Assembly (NCBI RefSeq): GCF_964204645.1
Contig: NC_134030.1
Span: forward strand, 21,474,210 to 21,538,209
DNA from: Tubulanus polymorphus
Taxonomy: Eukaryota; Animalia; Nemertea
DNA length: 64,000 bases
Direction: 5' to 3'
This document shows, piece by piece, positions 13,201-46,594 of the stretch. The translations under genes and the position numbers were made by a program. Numbering within the stretch: position 1 is the first letter of the stretch; every line of letters starts with the position of its first letter. Below the pieces are notes generated by a model. The model was not told the DNA's origin and did not search any database. It was given only the letters and a program-made list of their open reading frames with translations.

Positions 13201-14306
13201 AATTTGACTGAGGATCCACTTCCACAGTTGTGTGGATTCAATTGGATTCTGGACCCAGTTCCACAGTTGCGTTGGGTTTAATTTGACTCTGAACTCAGTT
13301 CCACAGTTGTGTGGGTTTAATTTGACTCAGGATCCAGTTCCACAGTTGTGTGGGTTTAATTTGACTCAGCAGTTTGGTAACTACTGACTGAACCAAACCG
13401 CAGTCCGGCTACTGACTAGAAAACCAAATCGCAGTATGGTCGGGGCCTATCTGAATAAACCAACATTCCCGACTTCTCATTCACCTAAGGCAGGTGATAT
13501 ATCCCTGTTAGCACTACTTGACCAATGGCTCGCTCTGATTGGCTGCTGCTTCATAGGCCTATTATGGGTACAGAAAATTCAAGGAAAGTGTGGAGAACAG
13601 AGAGTTAGCGCCTTTCCACAAGACCATCGAGGCACATGGAATTCTACTACTGAATGTTTTAACTACAGCACTCAACCTTACCTTAACCCTGTCCTATCCC
13701 CCTAAGAAAACAGACACATGCTAACGTACATATTAAATAGAGGTAGAGGCTACCTGGTAGTCCGGACTACACAGTCTGACATCTAAATCATAGCAGGCCT
13801 AAATGAATCATGATTTCGAAACCCGTGAACCTTTCGAAAGAATTGTCTTGTATGATGAGTCACAAAAATGAACATCATCAATTCAACTCACAAACTGACA
13901 CAATCAAAAGTCTCTGATCAAATGTAGGGTTCAATTTGAAATGAATTCTAGATTACAAAAACAAATTCCCAGTTATTTCCCGAGTATTCTACTGTTGAAT
14001 AAATCTAACCGTAAATAATCAAATGTCACCGAATTTAAAACGAGAAGCGTCGCTTGTTTTGGTAAATTTTTGAAATCGTCTATGCTTTGAATTTGATGAT
14101 CGAGAGAGAGAGGGAGAAGATACGGGTGTAAGTCTTACCTGGTCTGACTCGCCGAACAGTTCATAAAACAGTTTCAAACCTCGGTAGATGTTAGCTATGG
14201 TTCTCATCGACGGGTCCATGGACCGCCGGGGCTCGTCCGACACATACCTCACCCCTAAACGATCGAATCTTTGACCAGGTCTACCTGGGAATCTCAATCG
14301 CGCCAT
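1..14306 (-). CDS. KMT2A: Histone-lysine N-methyltransferase 2A/2B (MLL/trithorax) ortholog, N-terminal ~1830 aa; continues beyond the left edge
   Basis: Exons 14139-14306, 11316-12723, 10657-10821, 8766-9470, 8253-8354, 7507-7734, 6892-7024, 6486-6533, 5714-6137, 5284-5403, 4259-4369, 3467-3610, 3290-3382, 2727-2847, 1917-2224 and <1-1219 are all GT-AG and join in frame. Motifs: RLRFPGRP (menin-binding), FGES..EEDDFDGF (LEDGF-binding), RGRGRP AT-hook, PRIKHVCR..LSALP (SNL2), CXXC with KFGG, PHD1-3. Confidence 0.95.
1255..1550. repeat. ~56-bp tandem repeat (~5 copies)
   Basis: ACATCAATACACCGCA...GGAAATAGGGTTTTTACTAATAG. Confidence 0.8.
1917..2224 (-). CDS. KMT2A: KMT2A exon 15: PHD3 and first bromodomain helix
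   Basis: GNFCPVCHKTYSDDDWESKMIQCSICDSWVHSKCE...FTCRKC, closely resembling MLL PHD3. Confidence 0.95.
2727..3610 (-). CDS. KMT2A: KMT2A exons 12-14 (3467-3610, 3290-3382, 2727-2847): PHD1/PHD2
   Basis: FVYCSLCCEPFHRFCL..ENWCCRRC; LLKCDKCRNTYHPQCLGPNYPTKPSRKKKIW; VCTKCVKCKSCGAT. Confidence 0.93.
3790..4230. repeat. ~79-bp GATGATGTCATAGGGGGATTTATGGAGGCAGAC repeat family; other arrays at 8400-8750, 20110-20300, 32560-33520, 34970-35310, 44120-44460, 59190-59540, 63040-63250
   Basis: Recurrent unit seen in both orientations. Confidence 0.85.
4259..6137 (-). CDS. KMT2A: KMT2A exons 9-11 (5714-6137, 5284-5403, 4259-4369): end of CXXC to start of PHD1
   Basis: MYRKCSDP...; AHRIKMDLF|EAYDPDAAW...CFLCGSSGHHE, matching the MLL pre-PHD1 region. 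Confidence 0.9.
4383..5070. repeat. 34-bp tandem repeat (44-bp variants distally) abutting the KMT2A exon 11 acceptor
   Basis: AAAAATATACTATCAGTCAAAATCACATACAGAC. Confidence 0.9.
6486..7024 (-). CDS. KMT2A: KMT2A exons 7-8 (6892-7024, 6486-6533): CXXC zinc finger
   Basis: RRMRCKQCAGCLAQDCGKCVFCK|DKSKFGGNNRMKQSC. Confidence 0.95.
7507..10821 (-). CDS. KMT2A: KMT2A exons 3-6 (10657-10821, 8766-9470, 8253-8354, 7507-7734): NR-type zinc finger, SP repeats, SNL2
   Basis: CAVC..GFNYLGVTSCRAC; CPQTGQC..DCISCHLKK; PRIKHVCRKPAIVLG; ARFPERGLCLSALPEIEKEQIL. All are phase-1 symmetric exons. Confidence 0.88.
9717..10034. mobile_element. hAT-like MITE
   Basis: TIR CATGGTTCCCACAG/CTGTGGGAACCATG; near-TSD TACATA/TATATA. 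Confidence 0.7.
10218..10601. mobile_element. Cluster of Harbinger-like MITEs: 10218-10346 and 10350-10601, with 10429-10566 nested inside the second
   Basis: TIRs GACCCAGTT.../...AACTGGGTC and GGGCTGGTTCCATAG/CTATGGAACTGGCCC; 3-bp CAG/CTG flanks. Confidence 0.75.
10878..11212. mobile_element. piggyBac-like MITE
   Basis: TTAA|CCCTTTCAGTGC...GCACTGAAAGGG|TTAA. Confidence 0.85.
11316..12723 (-). CDS. KMT2A: KMT2A exon 2: LEDGF-binding motif, AT-hook, basic low-complexity region
   Basis: TTTCCAG|GAA acceptor, AAG|GTGAG donor; EEDDFDGF, RGRGRPS, RSLRKITPSKRFLE (SNL1-like). Confidence 0.92.
12752..13370. repeat. 39-bp tandem repeat (~16 copies); related 40-bp array at 57720-58130
   Basis: GTTCCACAGTTGTGTGGGTTTAATTTGACTCTTAACACA. 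Confidence 0.9.
14139..14306 (-). CDS. KMT2A: KMT2A exon 1: start codon and menin-binding motif
   Basis: AAGATGGCG start; MARLRFPGRPG...LFGESDQ|GTAAG. Confidence 0.93.
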
Positions 14307-15776
14307 CTTAGAACTGTGTGTATACGAATATATAGGGACCAGCGCGCGATTCGGCGCACCGGTCGCCTCGTAACCGGGGATTCCTTACTCGCGTGTCGGT
14401 GCAGGAACGCGTACTCGCGTGCCAGCGGTATTTAAATCAATTCAAAATTTATTTCAGCGAACTCCGCCAGGAAAATCACGGATAGATTAAACATTTTTGA
14501 CAGAAGAAAATAATTGCGAATATTAGAGAATCTTTTCATAGAATTTTCAAGTCGCCTGATCGTTGTGATCTGTCTGCTGGCCACAAATGCACACAGATCA
14601 CACACCAATTACTCCTCAACTCAACACCCAACTACCTTTTTGCCGATAATGAAATGTACCTCACTTCGTAAGGTCCTTAACTCGGTCCTTTCGCTTACCT
14701 TGGTCCGATTTTACCGGTCCCAGTTGGTCCGACTTAGGCAAGGTTTACTACCTAGGTGTTATCAGGGAGGTGTTTATAACACCTCCCTGGTGTTATAAAG
14801 ATTATACAGATATACGTTAAACCTGTCACAGAGATATATTCGGCAATGGGGTACTACCCGCAGTGCTACTGTGGCAATTCCGACGGTCCCAGGTTCGCTC
14901 GTAGATAGTTGGTCGTTCGATTTCAGCCTTCATTTCAATTAAATCTGAATGAACGTTTGCATCAATTGTTTAGGGTTCACAATTATCTTTTGTTAAGTTA
15001 ATGCTGAATGAATGAAGTTACTTAGTTGGAACAGGGAAGTGTGATGAGATCTCATCACACTTCCCTGGTTGGAACTACGAGCTAACTATCTGAACTGAAC
15101 TTCAGATAGTTAGCTCGTAGGATGGATTTTCTGATTTGATTTTGATATGAACACTTTATTTTTCAAATATAATTTACCGCATAGTGTACAAAGCATAATA
15201 CAAAATACAGTAAATTAGACCTGGAGGGGCCTGTAGAAACTAAGGAATAGTTTGTATAAAACGGGTCCCTCAAAAGAGAAGAGAAAAAAAGAGAAATGCA
15301 ATAAAGAAAATAATATGCTCACAGTCAACCCTTAACACACAAAATGCAATCAAAGTAAACTATGATAACAGCTTGATTAAGATATAATCATTTACTAAGC
15401 CAGTTATTTTCTGTAATATTTCAAAAACAATAATTTTAGTTCGAATAACTGTATGATAAAATCAAGCACAAAGTTGCTTTCTTTAATTTCCTAGGAACAG
15501 TTTAGAATTGTCCGTGTTTTTTAGATTTTCACTGATGTTATTCCAAAGTAAAGGGCCGGATACTTTAACAAGAAAGTCTATTTTCTTCTCTGTATTACAT
15601 CGATCGCAGACGCACCATACTGTAAAACCGACCTCGCTCGCAAACCAAATCAAAGCATTGAAGCACAAAGAAATATATTTCGAAGAAATCTTTATTCATT
15701 TCTTGTTTAACATTATTTATTCATCTATTTTAAGGTGTGACATGCAATCCCCATACATAACATCATCATTATAGCG

Positions 15777-15929
<153 letters not shown>

Positions 15930-17837
15930 TTCCTCCCCTGCGCCCCATTCCTCCTCCCTCCCCCGCCCCAAAGTCTTGTTATCAATATAAATATACGCCG
16001 CTCTTGCGCGATAAACTTATTATTATATAAAAACATGTCCGGTATTATATTATATAGAATCATTCTCGCAACTCACTGATCTTCAAACATCGCGTGGCGT
16101 TTAAAAAATCTATTTCGATGAATAAAAAGCCCGCGTGATATTGATATAGGTATATATACGACGCTGGGAACACGGAAACAGCAGACGGAAACATGTTTCC
16201 GAGCGTTTCCGCGTATCGTACGCGTTTACGAGAAACAACGTTTCCGAGATGGAGCATTTTTGGGCCAGCGTTTCCGCGTTCCCCCGCGTCTTGGGCATTG
16301 GGTTTCGTTTGGGCATGGCGCTCTTAAAGGGTTTTAAAATCGATGATTAGGCTGACGCGACCCTCATGCCAATTGATATCGAATTGACCGAGTTGAACGA
16401 CCTGGACTCAGTTCCACAGTTGTGAGTTCAGAGTAAACTCGTTGAAAATGAACTCATTTCAACTCTGAGTTGACTGTAACTCACAACCGTGGAACCAGTT
16501 CCTGTATTTATATCTTGCATACCAGACAGGTCAGAGTGGGCTCCCGAGTTTTTCAAGGTGACCTAGATAATGATGTCATCTAAATATCGGGGGAAACAAA
16601 GTAACATATTTATGAAGTAAAAATATATATATATATATATATACTTTCTGCAAGCGGTCTTTTTTGGTAGTAAAAAGAAAATAGAATAAATGAATGCCCA
16701 AAGCCGGAAAGATAATTTGCGAGAAAAAAGGCTCGGAAATATTTATTAAAATAGTTTTGCGAAAAGATTTATATTTCAATATCCCAGATGTTGCTAACCC
16801 TCTTTCAAATCGTTTTGGTCCCGTCGCTTTTTTTGCAAAGGCTAAATTCATTTTCTAGCCACAAAATTAATGCGGCCTTTTCGCGGCCTCGAAGACATGA
16901 TTTTCGATCAAAAATCTACCAACTAATCGCTATAACTAATTAAAAGTAATTACGTTAATCAAGCAATTAGGCAGTTTCAATTACTATTCAGTTCATTGCG
17001 AGTTAGAATTTAATTAATCGAGTCTACAATCTAAATCGATCTAATTAATTTTCCGGGTAATTAGTCATCGATCAATTCAATATTTACAAAATGAGCAAAA
17101 AGCACTTAATTTTCACCGCCATCGATTTTCGAGGAGCGATATTTTCGAGAAATGTGAGAGACAATGAAGAAATGAGTTTCAAGTAATTATCAAGCTTAAA
17201 TTTGATCTATTATTCATATATAGAGCGAAGTAAAGATTTAATCAGACAGTCTGAACCAACGCAGGGGGTTCGGGGCAGTCGCTTATAGGCAGGATAACTT
17301 AAACCTCAACAATCACGTGTTGGTTTAAGTTAAAATCAGTTCATTTCTATGGTTTTTACGTTGAGTAAAATTCATACCTCGCAGAACTAGGGGTCGTGGA
17401 CCCTTAGTTCATTATTTGAAAGTTGAAATAAGATTATTTCCTACGTTTCTTCCAGAATCAATTTTATCCAAGAACTATAGCCGCCTCTGAATGGCGATAA
17501 GTATCTAAATGAACTGATTTCAACTCTAGATTCAAATTAAACGAATTTAATATGAGATAGGGAAAGCACGAGCCCTTACTACCCCCGGGCCTGTTCTTGA
17601 AAGACATAACACAGAAAGTAACTAACAATGTGTCATGGAAAGCCTTTTGAGAATAGGGTCCAGATTCGTAGACCGTTGAGTATAAGTTACTAACAGTCTA
17701 TGAAACCGGGCCCTGTATTTCAAGCATAAAATTTCTTATATAATGATAAATTTTTATAGCATGTCCTAGATTTCAGCTGTTAAGACAAACAATTTTATCA
17801 AGTAACTTTTAATTCATCAATTTTACCATCATCCTAG

Positions 17838-18447
17838 GGACCAGTTGTACAGTTAAGGCTTATATTTAGTCAGAGACCATTTTGGTTCAATAACCACTTT
17901 GACAACTTAAGACCAGTCTAAGCTCATTTTGGTATTATAACCACTGTGACAACTTAAGACCAGTCTAAGCTCATTTTAGTTCTATAACCACTTTGACAAC
18001 TTAAGACCAGTCTAAGCTCATTTTAGTTCTATAACCAATCTGACAACATAAGACCAGTCTAAGCTTATTTTAGTTCTATAACCAATCTGACAACATAAGA
18101 CCAGTCTAAGCTTATTTTAGTTCTATAACCACTTTGACAACTTAAGACCAGTCTAAGCTCATTTTAGTTCTATAACCAATCTGACAACATAAGACCAGTC
18201 TAAGCTTATTTTAGTTCTATAACCAATCTGACAACATAAGACCAGTCTAAGCTTATTTTAGTTCTATAACCACTTTGACAACTTAAGACCAGTCTAAGCT
18301 CATTTTAGTTCTATAACCAATCTGACAACATAAGACCAGTCTAAGCTCATTTTGGTTCTTTATATAACCAATCTAACAAATCTATATCAGTCTTCAGATC
18401 TGCAACGATTTTAGGCTTTTAAATTCATGACACTGTACAACCGGGCC
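17838..18447. repeat. MITE with an internal 47-bp tandem expansion (~10 copies); same unit at ~30770-31100 and ~31500-31920
   Basis: Unit ACTTAAGACCAGTCTAAGCTCATTTTAGTTCTATAACC...; terminal CAGTTGTACAGT/ACTGTACAACCG. Confidence 0.8.
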
Positions 18448-21400
18448 ATGGATTGAATGACATAAGATCCTAACATCAGTTGCACCAAGGCGACCGCAAG
18501 CAAACAACAAGGGCAGAAGCAGACGCCACTTTATACATTAAAACATATGAAAGCTTACAGAAAAAATACTTTACAAAATATCAATTAATATCGATTAGCA
18601 AATATTCAAAAGCTCAAGAATTTTCATGGAGAAAACATTTTTTAAACACGGACACTGCTACAAACAAAATCAGTCTATTAATATTATTAGTATCTGTTCC
18701 TACATATCTTTTAACCATAACTGGATTTAGAAAAAAAAAAAACAAATCTTGGGACATCTTTGCACAAATTTCAGAAAAATAATTTGCTAATATCTTAGGA
18801 TTACGTAATTTTTAGCACTTTTTGTTTTAGAATCTCAATACAGGTTTTTTTATTATGACGAAAAACATGAACCCAGAAAATTTAATCTTCAAAAAGTATT
18901 TCGTGGCGAATTTCATTTTCTTTACGTTAATCCGCTGGCATTTCCAATTTTTTTTGTGGTGATAGACTTCTAAGTAAGGCCAGTTTTAATCGCAACCCCA
19001 CCGAAACCTGGTTCTGAACTTTTTTGTCCCAACAAAAATGCTGACATTGTTTTCGTTTTTTAAACGGGCTTTTCTTGAATTCAAGTGAAGACAGAAGGAA
19101 AGCAGCTACTAGTAAAATCTATCCATGTAACGACGTAACGAAATAACGGATGGATAAACTGAATAACTGCGTACACAAAACCAATCAGACCCAACTCTGA
19201 ATAAAGGAATAGTGAAAAAGTGTTTGTATTAAGTGCATTGACGGGTAGTATTTATACAGCAGGATTCGACCGATTAGAAAAAGTGTTTCAAAACCCAGTT
19301 CCGTAAGTTTGACTCTACGTGGAGTGAAAATGGATTCACTTACAAAATGTTTGGCGAAGTTTGACTCCCGATACATTTGAAATTAGATTGTTTAAAGCGT
19401 TCGCAAACCCTGGAATTGTTAAAAGTTACAAGAACTGTTAAAGAGGGGTCTGGGCAACTATATATGTACATGTATTCTATGATGGTATCACATTTTCAGT
19501 CTTAATTCGAAATATTATGATCATTGAGTTCATATTTCAATTCGAATTACGCGAACTCCATTGAGAAACTGGATAAATATCAAATTCCCTCATTATCTAT
19601 GATAATTTATGCAAATCTGATGCAAATTTATGTCTATAGATAAGAGAAGTAAAAATCTAGTTCATTTACAGTGTTTTAATCGGAGCCGAGTCTATATCGA
19701 AACTACGGAACCGCGGTCCTGGACACTTAATGCATTGAAAGGCAATTCTACAATAAGAGGGCGACGACGGACTGGAAGCAACAAAATCAGCCCCTAAACG
19801 CAGGGCACAGTTCCTAACGATGATAACTCGGATATTTTGGCAATGTTTGTGACATTCAAACGTTACGAGACATTAAAACACCATTTACACCGACAACACG
19901 TATACTCAGACCAGTGACGGATAGATTTGCATAATTTTACAGCATGCGCACGGTTTTATTCTAAATCATTAATTGTACAAACATTTACTATCATTATTCT
20001 CATCGCAATCACAGTAATTTGCATTTTTCATACAATTTATGTTAATTCATGTTAATTCATTCGTTTACGTCGTACGAATAGTTATTCGATGATCGGTTCT
20101 AGAAAAGAAAATCAAAATCCCCCTATGACATCATCGATTAAACACATCTATCGATAATAATACCGTTTAGGTTTTGTTTTCGTTACTGGTCTTTGAACGA
20201 TGTCATAGGGAGGTTTATGCAGGCAGACATCTTTTCTAGTAGACTATTAGAAGATAAGATGGCTACCCACATAAATCCCCCTATTACATCTACGCACAAT
20301 TACCTATACCCCTCCCCCTAAATTATAAATACACATCAGTCTCCACTTCTCTTTGAATAAAAGAGTTTAGTTCGTTGACCGGTTTTGGGAAAACCTTGGA
20401 CTCTTTCCTGAGTAAAGCCAATAAAATACGCACAAAACTCCAACTTGTAGTACGCTCCTGAAAACCACTGCTTGAAATACTTTCAAACTGACAGACAAGA
20501 GATTCACCGTCCAATCAGGAAAGCCGATTTGAGTTATAATCCACAGACGCAATATCGAAATATCCAATCAGGAAAGCCGATTTGAGAGGTATAATCCACA
20601 AACGCAATATCAAAATATCGTCCAATCAGGAAAGCCGATTTGAAGTAAAGTCCAATCAAAGAAGCCGAATTGAGATATCATCCAATCAGAAACGCAACAC
20701 CGAAATATTGTCCAATCGTTGAAGCCGAAATTTCATCCAATCGGTAATGCTGCACGGAAATATCATCCAATCGAATGGCGGATAACAAAATCATCCCCTA
20801 ATCAATGAAGGCAGACAGCGATTTCAACCAATCAGCGAAGACGAATACCGCGATTTTATCAAGCCCCGCCCCCATCGTGAACGCAGGGGGAGGGAGTTGA
20901 TAAAATCGGAGGAGCATCGAGGGGAAATAAATTCAGTCTCAGCGAAATTCTGACCTCGGAAAACTTTTATCAATAAGAGTTAGTGACACGGAGCAAAAAT
21001 AAGCCAAATTCATTCGACCAATCACGGGAGACAACTGAAGCGAATTCAACCAATCAGAAGACATCTAACTGAAGCGAATTCAACCAATCAGAAGACATTT
21101 AACTGAAGTGAATTTAACTGATCAGAAGATAGCAAGCAGAAACAATGAAACCGTGTCGAGAAGTATTTTCGGGAATATCGTGCAAATGAAAATTTGGAAA
21201 TAAAAATCTACGAAAAAAGCTTCAACAACACAACCACAAGCGGAAGTAACTGAGGATCGATTTTAGGAACACAAAATGGATGAAATTCAGGGACTGGTAA
21301 TTTCTGAGGAGCTCTTCCTTTGCACTGATAATATTTGAGAGAATTTGCCGTAAAATTGGACAAATTTCAAGTCTAAAAAGCGATGAAGAAAATTGCTTGA

Positions 21401-23651
21401 CCGAGTTTTTGTACCCGAGTACGGTTCCAGCCCAGTCACACCATATATTCGCGAAAACTTAAAAACTAAAACAAAGATGATGATGATGATGATGATGATG
21501 ATGAAGATACGTACATACTTCATGCCCAGGCACGGAGGGTTCGTAGGAGGGTGGAAGGGGTTAAAAGTCTATCACCACAATATTGTAGCTGCACATTTCG
21601 ACACAATACCGAATCCCTGCTGAAATTAGTTCCAAATTTTGACCCAGAGTCGACGTAAACCAGTTTTTCGCGAGTCTAGAGTCAAATTGAACGGAAATAG
21701 GTCGGTTACTTTTTCATTTAGCGAGTTAAATTCGACTATTAGTGACTTCGAGAGTCACCATTCAACGGAGCTCAAGATCCATTTCCACAGTTCTGAGATA
21801 AAATGTGACTGCAGATTTAAATAAATGAAAACGAACTGATTTCAACTCGATATATGTCAAACCTGACCCAGTTCTTGGATAAAATCTGACTTTGAGGTCA
21901 ACAAAATCCTGACATTGGAAACAACCTAATTTTCATGGTATGATATCTAGCTTTACTGACATGATCTGACCGGTAAAAATAGTTGAAACATTGGAAATGA
22001 ATAAATTCTAAATCCTTAGACAATTGTGGAACTGGCTCCAGTTTTTTTTTTCGAAATAAGTGGACTTGTTTTGACTCTAGACCAAAGAAAAAACACTATT
22101 TCAAATGTTTGGCTCTAGCACTTTTTCACCAGGGACACGGCACATTTCGTACAAACACAAAATAAAACAAATCTCAACAAAAGACAAGAAATTATTAGAA
22201 AAAAATCGATTACATAAAAATAGCACAAATTATTTAACACCAAATAAACACAGTTAATCCGGCTTAATCTGGATTATTCCGAGAAATCTGGATTAGATTA
22301 AAAATCTGGATTTAACTGATCCGGATTAAGCAGTTTTTTTTTTCATGCTAGAGGCAACCTAAGGAGACGATGATAAGGCAACAAAAAGCAACTCGTGGCA
22401 ACTTTGTCTAATCTTTAGCCAGGAATTGCGGAAGATATATAAATGCTTAGCTACGCTACGTGTCTCTAGCAATGGGGAAAAAATTTCGTTGAAATTTTCA
22501 AATTTATATTTTGCAAATAAAATTGAAATTTTTTGGCTAAAAGCAGTAATTTGAAGCAGCATTTAATTACTGAATATGATGGATTTTTGGCTTTTTGTAA
22601 AGTTTGAAAAAATATAAATTTCAACCCATTTTTTCAAAGCAAAATTCAACTTTGCATCAAATAATCTTTTCTGTGGACAAATTCAGCGCTTTCTTTCGCA
22701 ATGCATTTGCGTGAAACTTTTCCGGACGATTGTGACCTTTCTCGGACAAACTTGCGACCGATATCAGGGTCAAGTTCCGACATTTCGACATTTTTGACGT
22801 ATACATTTTTTTGTGCGATTTGATTTTCATCTAATCAATTTTCTTTATAAACTCAGCTAAGCATTTACATTTTAACAGTGTAGAAAAAATTGCTGCATTC
22901 ACACATAGAAAACTGGGTAAACCTTCTCCGATGAATCGACATTCATGAAGTGAGCTTTTTCGCGAAGCTGAAAGTTGACCCATTTTCGGTAAAAGCTTCA
23001 GCATATATACAGCAGACTCCGTCCTTACTCGGTATGGGGGTCACGTCGAGGACAAGCGCTATCAAATTCAATAAATTTGCAAAGATCCTTCCAGGCAAGT
23101 CTTTTGACTTCCCCGATTCTGAACTCGAGGAAATATTTTATCCAAACGCTTCCGAGTCAATGACTTTCAACTCATTGAAATCTATGGTCTATACTTTTAG
23201 TTTTTTCAACTATTTTCAAGTATTTTCTGTGTCGTTTAATGTTCAAACCATTAGCTTTTATGACCATTTACTTCCTCGTGGTTGTATAATCAATAAATCA
23301 ACCTTCACCGAGTTCCCGGATCGGTTATAGAATATTAAATTTTCATTTTCTTTTTTCATTCCCCGATTCCCTCAAATCAGTCGCTACAGAGTTCAACGGT
23401 TTTCAACTCATAATCTATGGAATACTGAATTTCAGGACGAACCGTTGGTCTTTTTTTACATTTTCAAATTCCCTAAAATCCGTCTGAGTTAGTCCCAAAG
23501 CTACCGAGTTCCCAAATTCTAAACCCAGCATCCGGACTTCGCAATTGACAGCGCTAAACACTTGTTTCCATCCCAACCCGATCGAGTAAGGCCGCGAGTC
23601 TACCATATAAATTCGAATACAAATCAAATCATTCTTAACGGAAAAAATCCT

Positions 23652-45311
<21,660 letters not shown>

Positions 45312-45718
45312 TGTGACTGTTTGGATATCCGACGCGCAGCAGCAGTTTCTGATATATTACTACAAATATCACGCTGATAATTCCTGAAAGATATGAGAGA
45401 GAGGGAGAGGGACGTACTGTGATTAGATCGAGAGAACATGTGAAAACAATGAGTGTGGGTTTTACCCCCGACAGCAGTTAACCACAACGAACCACATAGC
45501 AACACCCACACGATAGATAGATCGAGTATGTACCGCTTATAGAACAACATCCTGTGAATAACTGTTAGCAAATACTAGAGAGAGATGATGATGTGGACGG
45601 GAATGATATTCATTTTTCATAAACCTAGATGATATATCAATCACGCCATGTACACACAAGTTAGCTATCATCAACAACCCTAGATGTGTCTTGTTTTTGC
45701 GAAGATCATTCTCAAATG

Positions 45719-46179
45719 GGCAGGGATTCGAACCTGATGGTATCGAGATTGCCACGGCCAGTGTTTTCAATAAGAAATTAACAAGCCAGGTCCCTTTGAA
45801 AAACAGGAGGGTCCCATAATACGTCACAGTCCCTGAAACGAAAGCTAGTTTGAAAAAACAGGCAGGTCCTTTACAAACGACAGACGGGTCTGGGACCTGG
45901 CTCTTATTGAAAACACTGCACGGTACGAAACCCTGCCACAATAGACCGAGTGCGCAGCTTAGATGATGTCATTAAGAGCCAATCAAAGATCCAGTTTTAT
46001 TTTAGCCCACATAATTCTTCCATGAAATTTACCTCAGCGATTATACAACCAGCAATCTGATTGGTGCCGCAAGATTTCGGCCAATTGTGACTAAGCTACG
46101 CATGTACCTGCGCACCCGGTCTAGTGTGGCAGGGGTTCGTGCCGTGGCTGAGTTTAGCCATCAGGTTCGAATCCCTGCC
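45719..46179. mobile_element. MITE with long TIRs containing a Pol III B-box-like motif, with a second MITE nested at 45759-45918
   Basis: GGCAGGGATTCGAACCTGATGG...CCATCAGGTTCGAATCCCTGCC; inner CAGTGTTTTCAATAAG...CTTATTGAAAACACTG flanked by CACGGC/CACGGT. Confidence 0.8.
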
Positions 46180-46321
46180 GAGGCAGGAAGTCAAACGGGT
46201 GGCAGGCTATGAACAATGCGTTACCTAGAGAGTGACAGACAATTCAATTGTCATCAAAATTAAGACAATTATTAGGAATAGTACGATAACCTGTACACTC
46301 AAACGTGGTGAACGGATAATC

Positions 46322-46594
46322 AGATAAAAACCCACTTTCTACAGATTAAAAGAATTTAAAAACAAGAATTAATTTATTCAATCTAAAATATATAATAAAC
46401 ACGTTTCGATCTCACCCTAGAGATCATCGTCAGGTGTTACGATGATCTCTATGATGATCTCTATGACGATGATCACACTTAAAGATGATTTCTAGGGTGA
46501 GATCGAAACGTCGTGTATTCTATATATTTTAGATTGAATAAATAAATTTCTTGTTTTTAAATTCTTTTAATCTGTAGATAGTCGGTTTTTATCT
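46322..46594. mobile_element. Inverted repeat carrying two degenerate minimal type I hammerhead motifs (Penelope-like retroelement pseudo-LTR relic)
   Basis: ~110-bp inverted arms; combined consensus ACAC-CTGACGA-TGATCTC-TAGGGT-GAGATC-GAAACGTC-GTGT. Confidence 0.7.

Noticed and set aside
12504-13281. ORFs with NPHNCGT / VPQLCGF repeats
   Set aside because: Products of the 39-bp tandem repeat in KMT2A intron 1.
22950-23330. 126-aa plus-strand ORF
   Set aside because: Non-ATG start and no recognisable motif; it lies in the probable 3'UTR of the opposite-strand gene.
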